The position numbers and the translations under genes are program-made. Of a stretch of DNA of 55,939 nucleotides, positions 19,088-28,909 are shown piece by piece. The stretch comes from Verrucomicrobiales bacterium. GTDB taxonomy: Bacteria; Verrucomicrobiota; Verrucomicrobiia; Verrucomicrobiales; V1-33. The stretch covers positions 1-55,939 of the forward strand of contig JBIICE010000003.1 of assembly GCA_044239025.1 (NCBI GenBank), written 5' to 3'. Position 1 is the stretch's first letter; every line of letters starts with the position of its first letter. Below the pieces are notes generated by a model, which was given only the letters and a program-made list of their open reading frames with translations, ran no database searches and was not told the origin of the DNA.

Positions 19088-22000
19088 ATGCTCCGCGGCA
19101 TGAGATCATCGATTTTCCCAATCGTCCGGCCAAGATGTGGTGATGTCGGCAACCGGGCGACCACTGGTCCCCGGGGCAGGGTTTGGCGTTTCCGCGTGGC
19201 CGGGCTGTGGAGTTGCCTGCTGGCGGTTATGCTGTCAGCAGGGCGGACCTGTGGTGCCGATGCCGATGTGCCGGGGACACTGCGGGAATGGGTGCCGTGG
19301 GTGCTGCGGGGGGAAGCCGGCAGAAACAGTCCGCGGGATGCGGCGGCCGGAGACAGGCGGCAGGCCGTCTGGCCGGGAGAGCTGCAACTGGAGGCAGAGG
19401 GGACGGGCGGACGGTTCCAGATGACCGTGAAAGCGTTCGACGGGTCCTGGCTGCGGCTGCCTGGCAACGGAGACGCATGGCCCCGGGAGGTGACCCTTGG
19501 GGGCACTCCGGTGGCGGTGGTAGCCCGGGAGGGAATTCCTGCGGTGCGGCTCGAAGCGGGTCAGCACACGCTGGGCGGTGTCTTTGTCTGGCCTGCGGGT
19601 ATGCCCGAAAAGATTCAGGTGCCTCCGGACATCGGAATCCTGCGGCTGTCGGTGGAAGGCAAGGCCGTGGAGGTTCCGGGATGGGATGCGGACGGTTCGC
19701 TCTGGCTCAGGCGGACGCGGGCCGAGGCGGCCGACCGGGATCTGCTGACTCTGAAAGTCTACCGGGTGATCGAGGATGGAATTCCCATGTGGCTGCGGAC
19801 GGAGATTGAGCTGAGCGTCTCCGGGAAGAGCCGCGAGGAGGAACTGGGCTACGCGCTTCCCGAGGGCTGGCAGCCCGCAGCGGTGACCGGGCCGCTGCCC
19901 TGCGCACTCGACCGGGATGGCAGGCTCCGCGTGCAGGTGCGGGCCGGCAAATGGCAGATCGGGGTCGATGCTTTCCGCACGCAGGCGGATGGGAACTTCC
20001 GTCACGCCGCGGGCCGGAAGCCGCTGGTGGAACAGGAACTGATTGCCTTTCAGGCCGATCCTGCGCTGCGGGTGGTGGAGCTGCGGGGTCTGGTTTCCGT
20101 TGATGTGGCGCAGACCACCATGCCAGAGCGCTGGCGTCGGCTACCGCTCTGGCTTTGGGATACGGCGCAGCCTTTTGCGCTCGAAGAGAAGATGCGGGGC
20201 ATGGGAGAACAACGGGCACCGGGGCTTCGGTTTGAGCGCGAGTTCTGGCTGGATGAGGATGGCCGTGGCTTCACGTGGCGGGATCGGCTCAGCGGGAGCG
20301 GTCAGAATACCTGGCGGCTCGATGCCGCGGCGGGGCAGGAACTGGGTTCCGTCAAGATCGATGGAGAAGGTCAGCTCATCACGAGGCATCCGCTGAGCGG
20401 CACCTCCGGGGTCGAGGTACGGCGGCGCGATCTGAACCTCACGGCGACGGGCCGCGCGGGATTTGACGGTTCCGTGCATGCGACCGGCTGGCTGGCGCAT
20501 GCCGAGAGTCTGGAGGCGAAGCTGCATCTTCCGCCGGGCTGGCGGCTGCTGGCAGTATTTGGGCCCGAATGGTCGCAGGGCGACTGGCTGACGTCCTGGT
20601 CGCTGCTCGATGTGTTTCTTGTGCTGATGCTGGGGCTGGCGGTGCAGCGGCTGCATGGGCTGGGAGCGGGACTGGTGGCGGTGGCTGCGCTGATTCTCCT
20701 CTGGAAGGAGCCAGGGGCTCCGCGCTGGAGCTGGGGAGTGCTGCTGGCCCTGAGTGCGCTGCTGCGGGTGGTTCCGGCGGGACGGGCGGCCGCTGTGCTG
20801 CGCTGGGGATTTGGACTGGCGGCACTGGTCTTTGCCGTGGTGAGCGTTCCCTTTGTGAGCCGTCAACTCACCGGCATGCTGCATCCACAGGTGGAGACCC
20901 TCCGCAGTGGATCCGCGTTTGTGCCGGGAGCGTCAGTCATGGCAGCCGAGAGTTCGATGCGGGCGGCGATGCAGGACGACGGTGTGCAGACCCGCGCCGT
21001 GCAGCAGCAGGCGGTGAAGTCGAATCTGCTTTATGACAGCAAGGCGAAGATCCAGACAGGCCCGGCGATTCCGCAATGGGACTGGCGGACCGTGAATTTT
21101 GGCTGGCGTGGGCCGGTGACTCCGGAGCAGCGGGTACGGCTGGTTCTGTTGCCGGCGCTGCCGCAGAGAATCCTGACCCTTGCGCGGATTCTGCTGCTGC
21201 TGGGTCTCGCGTACCTGCTGCTGCGCCCGGGGCGGGAAACGAGGGCCAAGGCTCCGCCCGTTCCGCCGGCGGCTCCGGCGGTGGCCCTTGCGGCCCTGCT
21301 GCTGATGGTGAGCGGGATGCCGGCCGGTGCGCAGCAGGAGGCGCGGGAGAACGCGCTGGCTCCGGAAAGGGTGCCGGGGTCGGCGCTGCTGCGCGAACTG
21401 AAGGCGGAACTGCTGAAGGTGCCCGATGCGTTTCCCGGGGCTGCCGAGATCCCGGCGGTGAAGCTCCGGCTGGTTGACCGCGTCCTGACGATGGAGGCGG
21501 TGGTTCATGCGGCGGCCGAGTGTTCCATTCCGCTGCCGGGGCAACTCTCCGCCTGGTCTCCGCAGGAAGTCACTGTTGATGGCCAGAGTGCTCCCGCCCT
21601 TTCCCGGCATGATGGGTTTCTGCAGGTGGCGGTGAGCGCTGGCGTGCACCGGGTGACGGTGCGGGGTTGGCTTCCCCCTGGAAGCGAGTGGCAGTGGACG
21701 TACGCCCTTAAGCCCCGGACCGTTGAAATCGAGGCTCCTGGCTGGACGGTCACAGGAGTGCGGCCCGATGGCGTGCCCGAGGGTCAGGTTTTCTTTGCAC
21801 GGCAGCAGGCCGACCCCACAGGAGAAGCGGCCTACGACCGGCGGGATTTCGAGGCCGCCGTTGCCGTGGAGCGGCGTCTTGAACTGGGGCTCGTCTGGCA
21901 AGTGCGGACGAAGGTCATCCGGCTTTCCGGTGAAGGCAAGGCCGTCGCGTTCCGTTTGCCGCTGCTGGCGGGGGAACGGGTCCTGACGTCCGGAATCACG

Positions 22001-23260
22001 CCGATGGGCGACCAACTGGACGTGCGGCTGGGGGCGGGGGACCGGGAATTCGCGTGGGAAAGCGAGATACCGGTGCAGGAATCGATTGAGCTGAGGGCCG
22101 ATGCGGAGGGCCGCTGGGTGGAGCGGTGGTTTCTGGAGACCTCGCCCGTATGGAATGTCGCGCTGGGCGGGCTGGCGCCGGTTTTCAGCCGGGGTTCCAC
22201 CGACCTTGTGCCGGGTTGGTTTCCCTGGCCCGGGGAGTCCGTGACGCTGACCGTGTCGCGGCCCGAAGCGGTGACCGGGGAGACCACCACCGTGCGCCGC
22301 GTGCGGCAGGAGACCGCAGCCGGACGGCAGCGGCGGACGACCACCCTGACCCTGGACATTGAAGCGAGCATGGGGCGGGATTTCGGGGTCGCGCTGGAAT
22401 CCGGGGCGGAAATCGCGGGGCTGACCCTCAATGGGGAATCCGTTCCCGTGCGGCGGGAGGGCAGCGGCGTGATGGTTCCGGTACGGCCGGGCAGTCAGGA
22501 AGTGGTGCTGAAGTGGAACCGGGCTGCCGAACTGGGAACCTTGGTGGGAACCGACCGGGTTGGTCTGCCCGTGGAGAGCTCCAACATCACGCAGAGGCTG
22601 GCGCTGCCGGAAGACCGCTGGGTTCTGTGGGTACGCGGTCCGCTCATTGGTCCGGCCATCCGGTTCTGGGCGGTGCTGGCGGGTGCGGTGGTTTTTGCGT
22701 TGGTGCTCGGAGGTCTGCCGTTTTCGCCGTTCACGAGGCTGCAGTGGGCGCTGCTCCTCATGGGGCTGACGCAGGTTCCGCTCGTGGCCGGCGGCGGGCT
22801 GGTGCTCTGGTTTTTCTGGCTTGGCTGGCGCGGGTCGCCTCAGGGAATGCGGCCGGGATCGTTGGGGTTCAATGCGTCGCAGGTTCTGCTGGGTCTGGGA
22901 GTGCTGCCGGTGATTGTGGTGGTGGCCATGGTGCTCTACAATGGCCTGCTCGGAAAGCCGACGATGTTCCTTCTGGGGGCGGGTTCGTACCGTACCACGC
23001 TGCAGTGGTACCAGGCGCGCGGCGGGCTGCAGTTGCCGGGACCGGAAGCGGTCTCCGTATCGATCTGGGTCTACCGGGGGCTCATGCTGGCGTGGTCCGT
23101 CTGGCTGGCGCTGACCCTGCTGCGCATGGCGAAGTGGGCTTGGCAGCAGTATGCGGCGGGCGGGCTCTGGGCCAGGCCGCCGGCCGCTGAGCCCGCCACG
23201 GGGGAAACCCGACCCGCGGAAGTCCCCGCTGACGCTCCGGAACCCGGGAACGCCGGATGA
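19088..23260 (+). CDS. Large integral membrane protein of unknown function, internally duplicated
   Basis: 1390-aa ORF with a signal-like segment, beta-rich extracytoplasmic regions and two multi-TM clusters. True start probably slightly downstream. Confidence 0.8.
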   Translation: MLRGMRSSIFPIVRPRCGDVGNRATTGPRGRVWRFRVAGLWSCLLAVMLSAGRTCGADADVPGTLREWVPWVLRGEAGRNSPRDAAAGDRRQAVWPGELQLEAEGTGGRFQMTVKAFDGSWLRLPGNGDAWPREVTLGGTPVAVVAREGIPAVRLEAGQHTLGGVFVWPAGMPEKIQVPPDIGILRLSVEGKAVEVPGWDADGSLWLRRTRAEAADRDLLTLKVYRVIEDGIPMWLRTEIELSVSGKSREEELGYALPEGWQPAAVTGPLPCALDRDGRLRVQVRAGKWQIGVDAFRTQADGNFRHAAGRKPLVEQELIAFQADPALRVVELRGLVSVDVAQTTMPERWRRLPLWLWDTAQPFALEEKMRGMGEQRAPGLRFEREFWLDEDGRGFTWRDRLSGSGQNTWRLDAAAGQELGSVKIDGEGQLITRHPLSGTSGVEVRRRDLNLTATGRAGFDGSVHATGWLAHAESLEAKLHLPPGWRLLAVFGPEWSQGDWLTSWSLLDVFLVLMLGLAVQRLHGLGAGLVAVAALILLWKEPGAPRWSWGVLLALSALLRVVPAGRAAAVLRWGFGLAALVFAVVSVPFVSRQLTGMLHPQVETLRSGSAFVPGASVMAAESSMRAAMQDDGVQTRAVQQQAVKSNLLYDSKAKIQTGPAIPQWDWRTVNFGWRGPVTPEQRVRLVLLPALPQRILTLARILLLLGLAYLLLRPGRETRAKAPPVPPAAPAVALAALLLMVSGMPAGAQQEARENALAPERVPGSALLRELKAELLKVPDAFPGAAEIPAVKLRLVDRVLTMEAVVHAAAECSIPLPGQLSAWSPQEVTVDGQSAPALSRHDGFLQVAVSAGVHRVTVRGWLPPGSEWQWTYALKPRTVEIEAPGWTVTGVRPDGVPEGQVFFARQQADPTGEAAYDRRDFEAAVAVERRLELGLVWQVRTKVIRLSGEGKAVAFRLPLLAGERVLTSGITPMGDQLDVRLGAGDREFAWESEIPVQESIELRADAEGRWVERWFLETSPVWNVALGGLAPVFSRGSTDLVPGWFPWPGESVTLTVSRPEAVTGETTTVRRVRQETAAGRQRRTTTLTLDIEASMGRDFGVALESGAEIAGLTLNGESVPVRREGSGVMVPVRPGSQEVVLKWNRAAELGTLVGTDRVGLPVESSNITQRLALPEDRWVLWVRGPLIGPAIRFWAVLAGAVVFALVLGGLPFSPFTRLQWALLLMGLTQVPLVAGGGLVLWFFWLGWRGSPQGMRPGSLGFNASQVLLGLGVLPVIVVVAMVLYNGLLGKPTMFLLGAGSYRTTLQWYQARGGLQLPGPEAVSVSIWVYRGLMLAWSVWLALTLLRMAKWAWQQYAAGGLWARPPAAEPATGETRPAEVPADAPEPGNAG

Positions 23261-23306
23261 CATCCGGCAGGGCTTGCGCACCGGGGTCGCGCTGGTATGA
23301 ACGGGC

Positions 23307-24506
23307 ATGCCGGTGGTGGCTTGTTACTGTCAGGATTTCCTCAAAGCGGACATGCAGCATGTTCACAGGCAGATCGTGTCGCTGCGCCGGTGGCTGCCCC
23401 GGGTGATCACCCAGAAGCGGGCGCAAGCCGCGCGGTTTCCATTTGAAGCCAAGCGGATTACGGTACTGCCCCCCCCGAGGTGGCGGAATGCGCGGCGCTG
23501 GTGGTACCGGCGGGTGCGGCACGAACCCCTTGTGATTCCCGAGGGAAGGGTGCGGGAACTGCTGGAGGCGGTCTTCCGCAGCGAGGCAGAAGTGGTGCAT
23601 GTGTTTTTCGGTCACATTGCGGTGATGCTGCTCCCATTTCTGCGGGTCTGTCCCCGTCCGGTGGTGGTGTCGTTTCACGGAGCCGATGCGGGCGTGGATC
23701 TCGGGCAGGAATCGCATGCCGCAGCGCTGCGGGAAGTATTTGCGCGAGCCAGTCTGGTGCTGGCGCGGTCCGTGGCGCTGCTGGACGATCTCGCGGCCGC
23801 GGGATGTCCGCGGGAAAAGCTCCGGCTGCAGCGGACTGGCATTCCATTGGACGAATGGCCATTTGTGGAACGCCGGCCGCCGGAGGATGGCAGCTGGCAC
23901 TTTCTGCAGGCCTGCCGTCTTGTTCCCAAGAAGGGACTGGTCTGCACGCTGCGGGCCTTTGCGGAGATCGGCAAGGCGCTGCCGCGGGCCAGCCTGACAC
24001 TTGCGGGTGATGGTCCCCTTGGCACCGAACTCCGGCGGGAGGCTGACCGCCTCGGATTGGCTGGCCGGGTGAACTTTCCGGGATTTCTTGACGCCGCGGA
24101 CCTGCGGCAGGCGATGGGGCGGGCGCATGTGTTTCTTCATCCGAGTGAAACTCCGGCGGACGGGAACCGGGAGGGAGTTCCCAATGCGATGCTGGAGGCG
24201 ATGGCGACCGGCCTCCCCGTGCTGGCGACGCGGCATGGCGGCATTCCGGAAGCCATCGACGACGGAAGGAATGGCTGGCTGGTGCAGGAAGGGGATGCGG
24301 CGGCCCTTGCGGAAGCGGCGCTCAGGCTCTGCGCGGATCCCGGAGGGTACGCCGCCATGGCGGGCGCCGCGCACTGCCTCACGCGGGAACGTTTTGAACG
24401 TTCGGGACAGACTCTCGTCCTTGAAGCGCTTTACGACGAGGCGAGGCAGCGCGGGGTGCCGCCGCGGAAGACATTTTCCTGCGGTGGAAATCCTGTGGCG
24501 ACCTGA
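23307..24506 (+). CDS. GT4-family glycosyltransferase (WcaL-like)
   Basis: HVFFG, SFHGAD, RLVPKKG, EGVPNAMLEAMATGLPVLATRHGGIPE (ExxxxxxxE). Confidence 0.92.
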   Translation: MPVVACYCQDFLKADMQHVHRQIVSLRRWLPRVITQKRAQAARFPFEAKRITVLPPPRWRNARRWWYRRVRHEPLVIPEGRVRELLEAVFRSEAEVVHVFFGHIAVMLLPFLRVCPRPVVVSFHGADAGVDLGQESHAAALREVFARASLVLARSVALLDDLAAAGCPREKLRLQRTGIPLDEWPFVERRPPEDGSWHFLQACRLVPKKGLVCTLRAFAEIGKALPRASLTLAGDGPLGTELRREADRLGLAGRVNFPGFLDAADLRQAMGRAHVFLHPSETPADGNREGVPNAMLEAMATGLPVLATRHGGIPEAIDDGRNGWLVQEGDAAALAEAALRLCADPGGYAAMAGAAHCLTRERFERSGQTLVLEALYDEARQRGVPPRKTFSCGGNPVAT

Positions 24507-24541
24507 CTATGGAATGCAGGTCACCCACTGTTTTCCGTCCG

Positions 24542-25312
24542 ATGAATTCCTTCCTCCGCCTGCTGCCCGTGCTTCTGCTGATGGTTCCGGCGTTCCCCTG
24601 CCCTGCCGAGGACAAGCGCATCGAGGCCTTCAGCCGGATTCATTATCACCGGGATGGCACCCGCACCGAATCACTCAAGGACGGCACCGGAACGCGCATC
24701 AGGGAAAAAACCTACAACGAGAACAGCGTGCTTGCCTTCGTGCGGGAATTCGAGACCGACCGAAAGGGGCGGCTGCGCAACGGAGTGATCTACGACGGTA
24801 AGAAGAACGTCCTCGGCTCGATGTATTATGGATACGACAGCGCCACGGATCAGATTGTCGAAGAGCGGCTGTTCAATGCGAAGGGGCGGATCATCCGGCG
24901 GCTATTCTATCCCGGGGCGCTCAAGGACCCGCGGTTTGCCAAGCGTTTCGTGGCATTCAACTACGATCCGGACAATCCGGATGGCAAGCCGGTGGCGGAC
25001 ACCAAGGATGTGAAGCCGGTGCGGCCGGTGGAGCAGGCCCAGGACAGTTTTGATCCGGGGACGCCGATGGGGAAAGGGCCGGCACCTTCGCTCCATGGGG
25101 CAGCCAAGCCATCCGAGGCACCCTCCTCGTCAGGCACGGCGAAACCGGCCGGTCGCTCCTTTCTGCCGCAGCGCAAGCCCGGAGGAACCGCGGGCGCTCC
25201 GGCACCGGCTCCCGCGCCGGCGGCCCCGAAACCAGCCGCTCCGGCACCATCGGCACCGCGACCGACGGATCCCCTGCCCCTGCCACCTGCCCCGGTCAAG
25301 CCGCGCACCTGA
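24542..25312 (+). CDS. Secreted hypothetical protein with short beta-hairpin repeats and Pro/Ala/Lys-rich tail
   Basis: Signal peptide MNSFLRLLPVLLLMV; repeated Y/F-x-x-x-G units; PAPAPAAPKPAAP tail. Confidence 0.7.
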   Translation: MNSFLRLLPVLLLMVPAFPCPAEDKRIEAFSRIHYHRDGTRTESLKDGTGTRIREKTYNENSVLAFVREFETDRKGRLRNGVIYDGKKNVLGSMYYGYDSATDQIVEERLFNAKGRIIRRLFYPGALKDPRFAKRFVAFNYDPDNPDGKPVADTKDVKPVRPVEQAQDSFDPGTPMGKGPAPSLHGAAKPSEAPSSSGTAKPAGRSFLPQRKPGGTAGAPAPAPAPAAPKPAAPAPSAPRPTDPLPLPPAPVKPRT

Positions 25313-25333
25313 GTCCGACCACCTTACTTCTGC

Positions 25334-26785
25334 ATGCATCCTGGCACTCTTCTGACTTCCCTGGTTTCCGCGGCGGCTGTGACAGGCATCTGGTGCTGGT
25401 CGCAGTATGAAACCGGGCGGCTGCGCCGGGGCCCGGAAGCCGGAAGCGGGCGTCAGGCGGGCAGCGAAGCGTCCGTTTCCGGGGCCACGGCCACAGTGGA
25501 GGCGCATGCCCTGCTGCAGCGTCAGGCTGCCGGACTGGAGTCGCGCGTCGGAGAACTCGAGAAGGAAAACCGGGAACTTCGCGAGAAGCTGGCGGCTGCC
25601 CTTGAGGCGTCCAAACCGCCTCCCGATCCCGGGACCGTGGCGAACCGGATTGCGGGGCTGCGCGAACTGGAATTCCGGAAGCTGCCGGAGTGGGTGCCGA
25701 CGGCACCGGATGAGATCGTGAAGCAGCTCACGGGGGCCCGCCGGGCATCGATCGACGAGGGGAAGGCAGCGCTGCGCGTGCGGGCGTGGCGGGCGATGGG
25801 ATTTGTGCCCGACCAGTTTGATTTCCGGGACGCGGCGGCGAGCCTCGCGGCGATGAAGCCCTATGGTTTCTGGGATGCGGAGACCGGGAGATTTCACTAC
25901 CAGAAGGATGCGTCGCTGCAGCGGGCCGATAGCCGGGAGCAGTTTGCGGGAGCCCTCCTGCCGGTGCTGCTGGCGCAGAATTTTCCGCCGGCGGCGCAGA
26001 GTTGGGAGGCGACGGACAATGATGATGCGGCGCGGGCGGCACTCTCGCTGATTTACGGCGATGCGAACTTCACAAGGGTCCGCTTCAGCATTTCGGACCA
26101 GATGAACACCAACTACGACAAGGGGCAGGCACCACCGGCACCGCCGCCGTCGTACAACGCACCGCAGTTCATGGGTGAGACCTGGAAGTGGACCGAGGAC
26201 CAGGGCAATCTTTTCGTGCAGACCCTGCATGGGTCGGGAGGGTTGGCAGCCGTGAATGCGGCGTACCAGCGGCTTCCGCAGAGCACCGCCGAGATTCTGC
26301 ATCCCGATACCCTCTACCTGGCCAATCCCCCGTTCCGTCCGGACGAAGTGGAACTCGACCGTGCCCCGGTGCGCGGCAAGGCGCCGTATTTCAGCAACGT
26401 GGCGGGTGAACTGGCCTGTTATTTCCTGCTGCGACCGTGGGCAGATGTGGATTTCAGCACGGCGGCATCGGAAGGATGGAAAGGGGACCGGTATCTTGTC
26501 TACCCTGGAGCAGACGGCCGGGGCGACCATGTGCTGTGGCGGTCCCAGTGGATGACCGGGAAGGATGCGGAAGAATTTCACGCGGCGCTGCGGCGGATTC
26601 TCATGCAGCGCTACAGCATCCCATGGCAGCCCGAGTACGACATTTCGGCAGAGCGGTTTGCGGTGGACGAGCCGGGCCGGGCCATCCGCATCGTGCGGCA
26701 GGGAGCAGCCGTGACCCTGATCGATGCCACGGATGGCAGCTTTGCCGAAGCGCTCGCGGCGGCCTTTCTGCCCGCGCAGCAGTGA
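25334..26785 (+). CDS. Membrane-anchored coiled-coil + zincin-like (Hvo_1808/DUF6782-like) protein lacking the HExxH motif
   Basis: N-terminal TM and coiled coil; LRELEF, GFWD, GDA, G..FV, PQSTAEILHPD, GE and EGWKGD resemble this family from memory. Confidence 0.7.
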   Translation: MHPGTLLTSLVSAAAVTGIWCWSQYETGRLRRGPEAGSGRQAGSEASVSGATATVEAHALLQRQAAGLESRVGELEKENRELREKLAAALEASKPPPDPGTVANRIAGLRELEFRKLPEWVPTAPDEIVKQLTGARRASIDEGKAALRVRAWRAMGFVPDQFDFRDAAASLAAMKPYGFWDAETGRFHYQKDASLQRADSREQFAGALLPVLLAQNFPPAAQSWEATDNDDAARAALSLIYGDANFTRVRFSISDQMNTNYDKGQAPPAPPPSYNAPQFMGETWKWTEDQGNLFVQTLHGSGGLAAVNAAYQRLPQSTAEILHPDTLYLANPPFRPDEVELDRAPVRGKAPYFSNVAGELACYFLLRPWADVDFSTAASEGWKGDRYLVYPGADGRGDHVLWRSQWMTGKDAEEFHAALRRILMQRYSIPWQPEYDISAERFAVDEPGRAIRIVRQGAAVTLIDATDGSFAEALAAAFLPAQQ

Positions 26786-26804
26786 GCGGTCAGAGGCCCG
26801 GAAA

Positions 26805-27299
26805 TCAGCGCCGGGCGGCAGCGGTGGTTTCCTTCTGGAAGGCGGAAAGGAAGAGCAACCCGGCGGCGATGCAGATGGCACTGTCGGCCACGTTGAAGGC
26901 AGGCCAGTGATAGCCGTGGTATTCGAAGTCGAGGAAATCGACGACGTAGCCGCGCAGGATGCGGTCGAGCAGATTGCCGAAGATTCCGGACAGCAGAAGG
27001 GCCACGGCCACCTGGCTCAGTCTCGTCGGAAAGGCATTGGTTTTCCAGAGCCAGGCGATGAAGCCGAGAGCTGCGAGCGAGACCCCGCCGAACACCCAGT
27101 TGGCCCTGGCGGTGCCGTTGGCCATGCCGAAGGCGATCCCGGTATTGTGGACGCGCACGAGATTGAAGAATCCTTCGATGACCGGAAAGCCCGCGTGCGT
27201 GGTTTCCGTGGGAGCCGCGAACGAGCGGACGCACCACTCCTTGGTGATGAAGTCGAGCAGGAAAAGGGGGAGGGTCAGGAAGAGAAAGTAGCGTCGCAT
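26805..27299 (-). CDS. lspA: Lipoprotein signal peptidase II
   Basis: LDFITK, NTGIAFG, GNLLDR, VVDFLD, WPAFNVADSAIC. Confidence 0.95.
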   Translation of the reverse strand: MRRYFLFLTLPLFLLDFITKEWCVRSFAAPTETTHAGFPVIEGFFNLVRVHNTGIAFGMANGTARANWVFGGVSLAALGFIAWLWKTNAFPTRLSQVAVALLLSGIFGNLLDRILRGYVVDFLDFEYHGYHWPAFNVADSAICIAAGLLFLSAFQKETTAAARR

Positions 27300-27339
27300 G
27301 AAATCAGAGAAGCTGCGTTGGAGCGGGATGGGCGCGCCG

Positions 27340-28848
27340 TCATGGGGAACTTTGCCCGTCCGGGCGTGGTGCCCTCGCGGTGGCCGGAAGGAAGGGAATC
27401 CATGCGTCGCGTTCGCGCGGACGGCCGACGATGAGGAATCCGCCTGTGCTGCCGTGCGTTTCCATGAAGCTGCGGAAGGCAGCGGCACCAGCCAGCGGAA
27501 CGACCTCGCGCCGGGCGCTGTCGCTCATGTGAAGCAGGGCATCACCCTGCTTCAGGAGGCCCCGGAAGGGAGAATCGTCCGCGATGGACTGCACACAGAG
27601 TCCGATGGATTCCTCGAGGCCGAGGAGATTGCGCTCATAGCGGCGGAGCGGCCGCAGGGAAAGTCCGAGGACGGTGTCCGTGCCGCCCGGGGCTTCCGGA
27701 GGCAGCGCGCGATCGAAGTCTGCCACCTTGAGCCGGCAGCTGACCGCTTCTTTGCCGCGCCGGATGGTGAGGGTAATGGTGGAACCGACCGGGTAGGTGC
27801 GGAGCGCCCGCCGGTATTCTCCCGTGCTGGTGACGCGGCGACCGTCGAGGGCTTCAATGATGTCGTCCTTGCGGAGGCCCGCCGACTCGGCAGGCGAACT
27901 GCGGGCGACACCGCGGACGATCAACGCTTCCGGCTCGCTGCCCGTCTGGTAGTAATTCTCCGGCCAGTCATCGACGGTCAGGCCGAGGTACGTGCGCGGG
28001 CGCGAGCGGTTGAGAAAGCGGTCGAGGGCATCGGCGATGTCGTTCGACGGAATGGCAAGGCCATACCCTTCGGCGGAGGCGTCATCGTCCGGGCCCATGA
28101 GCTTGCGGGTAACCATGCCGATGATGTCGCCCCGGAGGCTGACGAGCGGGCCTCCGGAATTGCCTGGGTTGATGGTGCAGGTGGTCTGCAGGTATGTGGT
28201 GTAGGTATCGCTGACGCGGCGGTCGCGTTTGCTGATGATGCCGTGCGTCACGGTTTCGCTGAGGTTGAACGGGCTGCCGAGGGCGAGGACCATGTGTCCG
28301 GCGCGGACTTTGTCGGAGTCAGCGAGACTCAGGGGGTTGAAGCGTTCGCCGGGCGAGCGCGGTTCCACCTGGAGGACTGCGAAATCGAGCTGATCATCCT
28401 TGTCCACGAGGGCGGCCTTCCGGGGAATTTCTTCGCCGTGGAGGGTGACCGTGAGCGAATCGAGGCCGCCTTCGATGACGTGCCAGTTGGTGATGACATG
28501 ACCGTCCCGGGTTACGATGGCTCCCGAGCCGACCCCGGGCTCGCGGGATTCGGCGGTGGTTTCCTCCGGAGCCCGACCGGGCCGCAGGATGGGTTCGGTG
28601 GTGGCAACGCGGCGTTCCACGTGAATGCTCACAACACCGGGCAGGACCTGCTGGACGACCGAGGCGAGTTCGTCATTGAGCGCCGTCGCCAGAGGCGTCT
28701 GTGCGAGCCGGATTTCCGGCAAGGGATTCGCTGCGGGGCCGTCGGCCGCCGCCTTCTGCTGCTCCCGTCCGCGCCATGCATAACCGAGCGACGCTGCGGC
28801 CACGAGAGCGGCAACCGCGGTCAGCCAGGAAAAGGGTGCCGATGGCAT
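27340..28848 (-). CDS. HtrA/DegP-family trypsin-like serine protease with PDZ domain(s)
   Basis: GSGAIV, TNWHVI (His), DFAVL (Asp), INPGNSGGPL (Ser), YLGL and SPAESAGLRKDDII (PDZ). Confidence 0.93.
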   Translation of the reverse strand: MPSAPFSWLTAVAALVAAASLGYAWRGREQQKAAADGPAANPLPEIRLAQTPLATALNDELASVVQQVLPGVVSIHVERRVATTEPILRPGRAPEETTAESREPGVGSGAIVTRDGHVITNWHVIEGGLDSLTVTLHGEEIPRKAALVDKDDQLDFAVLQVEPRSPGERFNPLSLADSDKVRAGHMVLALGSPFNLSETVTHGIISKRDRRVSDTYTTYLQTTCTINPGNSGGPLVSLRGDIIGMVTRKLMGPDDDASAEGYGLAIPSNDIADALDRFLNRSRPRTYLGLTVDDWPENYYQTGSEPEALIVRGVARSSPAESAGLRKDDIIEALDGRRVTSTGEYRRALRTYPVGSTITLTIRRGKEAVSCRLKVADFDRALPPEAPGGTDTVLGLSLRPLRRYERNLLGLEESIGLCVQSIADDSPFRGLLKQGDALLHMSDSARREVVPLAGAAAFRSFMETHGSTGGFLIVGRPRERDAWIPFLPATARAPRPDGQSSP

Positions 28849-28909
28849 GCCATGAAATGCTTCCGGCGGCCGTTGAATGCAAACCGGAATGAATCCGGGC
28901 GCGCTGCGT

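Noticed and set aside
20933-23308. 791-aa minus-strand ORF
   Set aside because: Antisense shadow of the 1390-aa membrane protein; Arg/Pro/His-rich composition typical of high-GC off-frames.
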